From positions 1,026,506-1,090,505 of the forward strand of contig ML992508.1 of assembly GCA_010093995.1 (NCBI GenBank): a stretch of 64,000 nucleotides of DNA. Reading direction: 5' to 3'. Every line of letters begins with the position of its first letter. The first letter of the stretch is position 1. The DNA is from Elsinoe ampelina. Taxonomy: Eukaryota. The notes beneath the pieces were generated by a model that worked only from the letters and a program-made list of their open reading frames with translations, was not told the DNA's origin and did not search any database. Of the stretch, positions 60,135 through 64,000 are shown piece after piece. The position numbers and the translations under genes were made by a program.

Positions 60135-62004
60135 CTAAAACCAATAATCCTTCCCTGCCTCTGTGATATCAAATCGGCATCCCAACCTTATGCCTTTCTG
60201 CGCTAGAGCAGCTGTGTGGTCGTTCAATTGCTGCAGAATGACCTCGCTAATGTGGGGGCCATCCTTCATCGTGTCTTTGACGTGCATAACTAGTACCCTC
60301 AGACCTTTGAGGGGAGGGTCCTGGTTGACCGGAGTGCTCACTGTGTTCGGCTGAGCACTGTTTATTTGACTTACCCCTTCGCTGAAACTCGTCTGGATCG
60401 GGATGGGTTTGTAACGGACGTAATCAGACCCCTGTCCTTCTGTTGCCGGCACGCTGGTGACCTGCGGCGTGGACCTCGGACTTGGAGTGTCTTGCAAGAC
60501 GTCGTCAGGGACGCTACTCCGCCGGCCATATTGCAGTCCAATGTTCCTCCCCACTAGACTGCGACTGCGCTTCTTGTCGAGGTAGTGCTCGGCATCTTGT
60601 GCGCCAGACAGACCATTCATTCTCTTCCGCTTGCGCATGGCTTTCTCGTTGGCACGTATAGCGCGCTCTTCTTTGACCATTTCGGCAAGGACCTGTAGCT
60701 CGGCGATCAAGTGACGGGGGGCTAAGTGTCCAAAGAGCACAGCATCGGCCTGAGTGTCAGCATAAGAGCACTCGACGAATATGCCCGTGAGGACGCCGGC
60801 GGCAATCTTTGGGGCCGCCTCGGCCCAGACACGGGCTGTTCGAGGAGCTACGGATATGCTGTCCGGCTCGACATCGCCGAACATGAGGATCTCGCGGTGA
60901 GAGGAGAGGTCGCGAATGAAGTAGGCGGTAGAGTCTACAGCGTGCATGTTAGGGTCTTGCTGGTATGGGTGCGACGTGATGGGTTGTGGCGGAGATGCAT
61001 AAGATCCTGGCGTGCCGGGCATGTGGAGGTGCGAGAGTGACATGTGTCGTTCTGTTGCTGTGTTGGAGGTGTAGTGTTTTGGCGTGCTCGCGTAGCCATT
61101 CGGGACATCCGACAGATTGGAGATTGAGCCTCGATGCGATTCGGTTGTGCCTGGTCGCATGCATTTGCCATGGGAGATCTTGAAGGCTTTGGTGGAAAGC
61201 CCTTCACAGACTTCGATATATCCTCGTCCTTCCCCTTCGCCTACCATCACATCGCCCCCTTCCTTGAGACGCTGGAACGTCACGAACCCTACTCCACCAT
61301 CTTCGTCGGTCAAATTGGGCCAAATGACATCGTTGAAAATGTGCCGTTTGATTGCATCTACTGTGAATGGAAGTGCTGCGAGGGTCTTTGGCCGTGAGGT
61401 GGCGTGGAAAGCCGCAGTATTGATTGCGAAGCCGGACAGATGATCAAGATGTGGATGGCTAATCAGATACGCAGCGACATGACTCCTAACAATGTGCGCT
61501 GCATTGGCTCTTGCGGAAGCATGAGGCAGCGGAACTCCGGCAAAGGGTCCATTCTCGAGCACGATTGGCTCTAGCTTGGGTGGTGGAGGCGGTCTGGAGA
61601 GCGGCGATGATGGAGGTGAAGAATTTGGCCCCACCGGGTTCTGCGGCGACAATGGCTGATTATGGAAGAGGTTACCATCCGAGTCGGCCCGTATTTGGTC
61701 TCGCGATATAGCAGGGAGATGTTGTTCCAGGATTCTTGTGATGGCGGCAAGATGGGTACCTGCATCCACTGCAAGTATTGAACCTCGTACCCAGCCAGAT
61801 GCCGTCGACCGTACTAAGAAACCGCTGACATTGTCTTCGCTTGGACCACCTCCGGAGCCCTGTAGGTGTCAGCTCCTGGTACGCATAGCTTTGGCGAAGG
61901 AGCCTGCGAAGTGTACTTACCAGACAAATCACCTGTATCGCTGCATGGTGGCTGTGTTCCGATGCACCGTAGCTGACGGGAGTTGGCAGGTCCTGAGAGG
62001 TCAT
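60135..62004 (-). CDS. PDE1: Class II (low-affinity) cAMP phosphodiesterase, 1 intron
   Basis: IQVICL|GSGGGPSEDNVSGFLV, AVDAG, ISHPHLDHLSG, FNDVIWPNL, FGDVEPDS and FGHLAP. Confidence 0.93.
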
Positions 62005-62452
62005 GGAGCCTCCGGGCAGGTCCAATGCCTTGAAATGCGATCGTGTCTCTCGATCCTTGTCCCGTCTCTTTGCGCCTAGCGGTATGTCCTCGTTTGTTTC
62101 CTCGACCAATGTTTCCTTGACGTCGGTCCGAGCGTTGCTGGGTCAAATGCGTCTGATTCAGGTGTCGTTTGCGGATTTGCAGGTAATCCGCGCTGGAGGA
62201 TTGAACGTCCAGGTTGCGCTACAAGCTGTCTGTTCCTGCTATGAAAGGCGGTACAGGACAAAGTCGTGAATCATCAATGATGGATGAAAGAAAGAAAGAG
62301 AAGGACAGTTGAAAGGCAAACATGCATAAAATTAAGCTACCGCTGCAACAGTAGGTGGTTGTTGTACACGGACGCAGTAAAATAAAGTAGCTTCCTCTTG
62401 CCTGCAGCTATGTCTCAGGCCTAGATCCCAGGATCGGTAACGGGTGGGATGC

Positions 62453-62594
62453 TGTTGTAGCTGGCAAATCGGATCGAGAGACGTGTGTTTTATTCAGAGA
62501 ATTACAATAACCGATTTATCTACTGTACGTGCGCTGACTCATCAGTACCAGTTCTTTAGTACTAGAGAAGCTGTACTAGCCTTCTATTATAACA
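62453..62594 (-). repeat. Putative 3' LTR (~142 bp) with an adjacent polypurine tract
   Basis: Bounded by TGTTGTAG...TTATAACA (a RIP-altered inverted repeat). Directly flanked by CTCCCCCTCT, which is AGAGGGGGAG on the minus strand. Confidence 0.65.
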
Positions 62595-64000
62595 CTCCCC
62601 CTCTAGTATAGATTGTTAAAGCTAGAGAACTATCCTATTATATATAAGTAAAGTAATTAGGTTATTACTTTATCTCTTTATAATTACTTATAATTGTTAG
62701 TGCTAGCTAATCACTAGTAAGAATTTACTATTAGATTAGCTTATAACAGCTAGTAGCAATAGTAACTATTAATAATAGCTAGGTAGCTATTATCTCTATT
62801 GTTCTATGTAAATAGATTAGCTTATAAATCTTAATAAGGGAGATATAAGTATCTAGCTAACTTCTTTATAGTTTCTCTTTCCTTTATTATACTTATAATA
62901 ATAGCTTACTATTTTATATTCTACTTTTATACCTTCTATAGTATAAACTAACTCTTTACACTATAAGTGCTACTACTTAGCTAGGTATTAGTAGTATTAC
63001 TACTAGTGCTAGAGTACTAGGTAGTCCGCTAGGTAGTAGAGGTAGAGGACGTAATTTTCCTTAGTCTAGAGATTTAACTAGTTCTAAAATAAAAGAGTAG
63101 AGTACTATAAGGGCTATTGCTAGACTAAATACTCTTAGTATATTATCCCTTATATAGTCTAAAAAGTAGTCCTAACTTATTATAGTTAGGACTAAATAGG
63201 CTCTTACTTAGGAGCTTACTATAAGCATTTAGAACGACCTTACTAGGCTTAGGGACCTTAGATACTATAACTATAACTCGCTATACTTAGTCTTTAAGTC
63301 CTTTACTATTTAGGCTTTTAGTGCTAGTAACCTAGATCTTTTAGTCTTAGCTTCTATCTAGGTAAAGAACCTAACTAAGACAATTAACTTAACTAGTTCT
63401 CTAACTTATATAGCTACCTTAATAGGAACTAGTGCTACTAGAAGGGTTATTTACTATAGTACTAACTACTATACTAAGTATTAGAGCTCTACTCTAAGTA
63501 ATAATAATAGCCTTAGTAGAGCTAGTAAGTTTAAGTAGTATATTATAGTCTCTAGCTAGTTCTATAGTACCTATACTAACTATACCTATAGTCTATAGTA
63601 TAAGACTTACTCTCTTATCTAGTATACTCTAACCCTAAGGCCTCTAAAGGAAACTCTAAGTAGTTTAAGGCCTATTACCTAATCTATTCTATATAGCCTA
63701 ATACATTTACTAACTAAGCTTTTAAGGTCTTTCTCTTTTAGTAGTACTTTGCCTTAAAGGTTCTTACTAAGGCCTACTTCTTCTTATAGTAGGCCTACTA
63801 ATGTTATTAATAAGTCCTTAGTCTATCCTAACTTACGCTACTTTATTATAGTCTCTATAGACTTTATTAATCTAGTAAATCCTATATAGGCTAAGCTCTA
63901 GGCCCTATAGGTTATTATAGCTAGGTTTACTATAAGTATAGCTAAGATTATATCTAGTAAGAGAGCTAGCCTTCTAATTATTTACACCTTTACTATATAA
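62453..64000 (-). mobile_element. Heavily RIP-mutated LTR retroelement remnant, running off the window
   Basis: Abrupt AT-rich, TA/TAG-saturated sequence with no ORFs. LTR and PPT arrangement at the left end. A weak YLPY*DL*ANLFT match to the copia RNase H end near 62805-62850. Confidence 0.7.

Noticed and set aside
1..64000. tRNA, rRNA, CRISPR arrays, TPP riboswitch, secondary-metabolite cluster
   Set aside because: None recognisable by eye. There is no backbone PKS/NRPS/terpene gene, and the aminotransferase, SDR and GT genes are dispersed among housekeeping genes.

Overview
Gene-dense eukaryotic DNA from a filamentous ascomycete (short GT-AG introns with CTAAC/CTGAC branch points, RIP-mutated repeats; Dothideomycete-like by inference). 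About 29 protein-coding genes can be modelled. Most are housekeeping genes (GPI3, DBP6, MIR1, COY1, Vps3/Vps39 family, LAMMER kinase, SEC65, ARL3, CNB1, SCS7, GTR2, RPS25, MAS1, SDH4, PDE1). Accessory genes include a KOBITO1-like glycosyltransferase, a GH12 glucanase, a repeat-less NACHT/NLR, con-6, a DUF3455 secreted protein and a C2H2 transcription factor. Two RIP-destroyed transposons are present: a complete 1991-bp pogo/Tigger-type DNA transposon with TIRs and a TA target-site duplication, and the 3' end of an LTR retroelement at the right edge. The most unusual signal is not a gene. Roughly ten ~1-kb islands switch abruptly from C-rich to G-rich on the top strand, regardless of gene orientation, and the skew includes introns and UTRs. 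Gene boundaries and introns were inferred by eye and no database searches were run.
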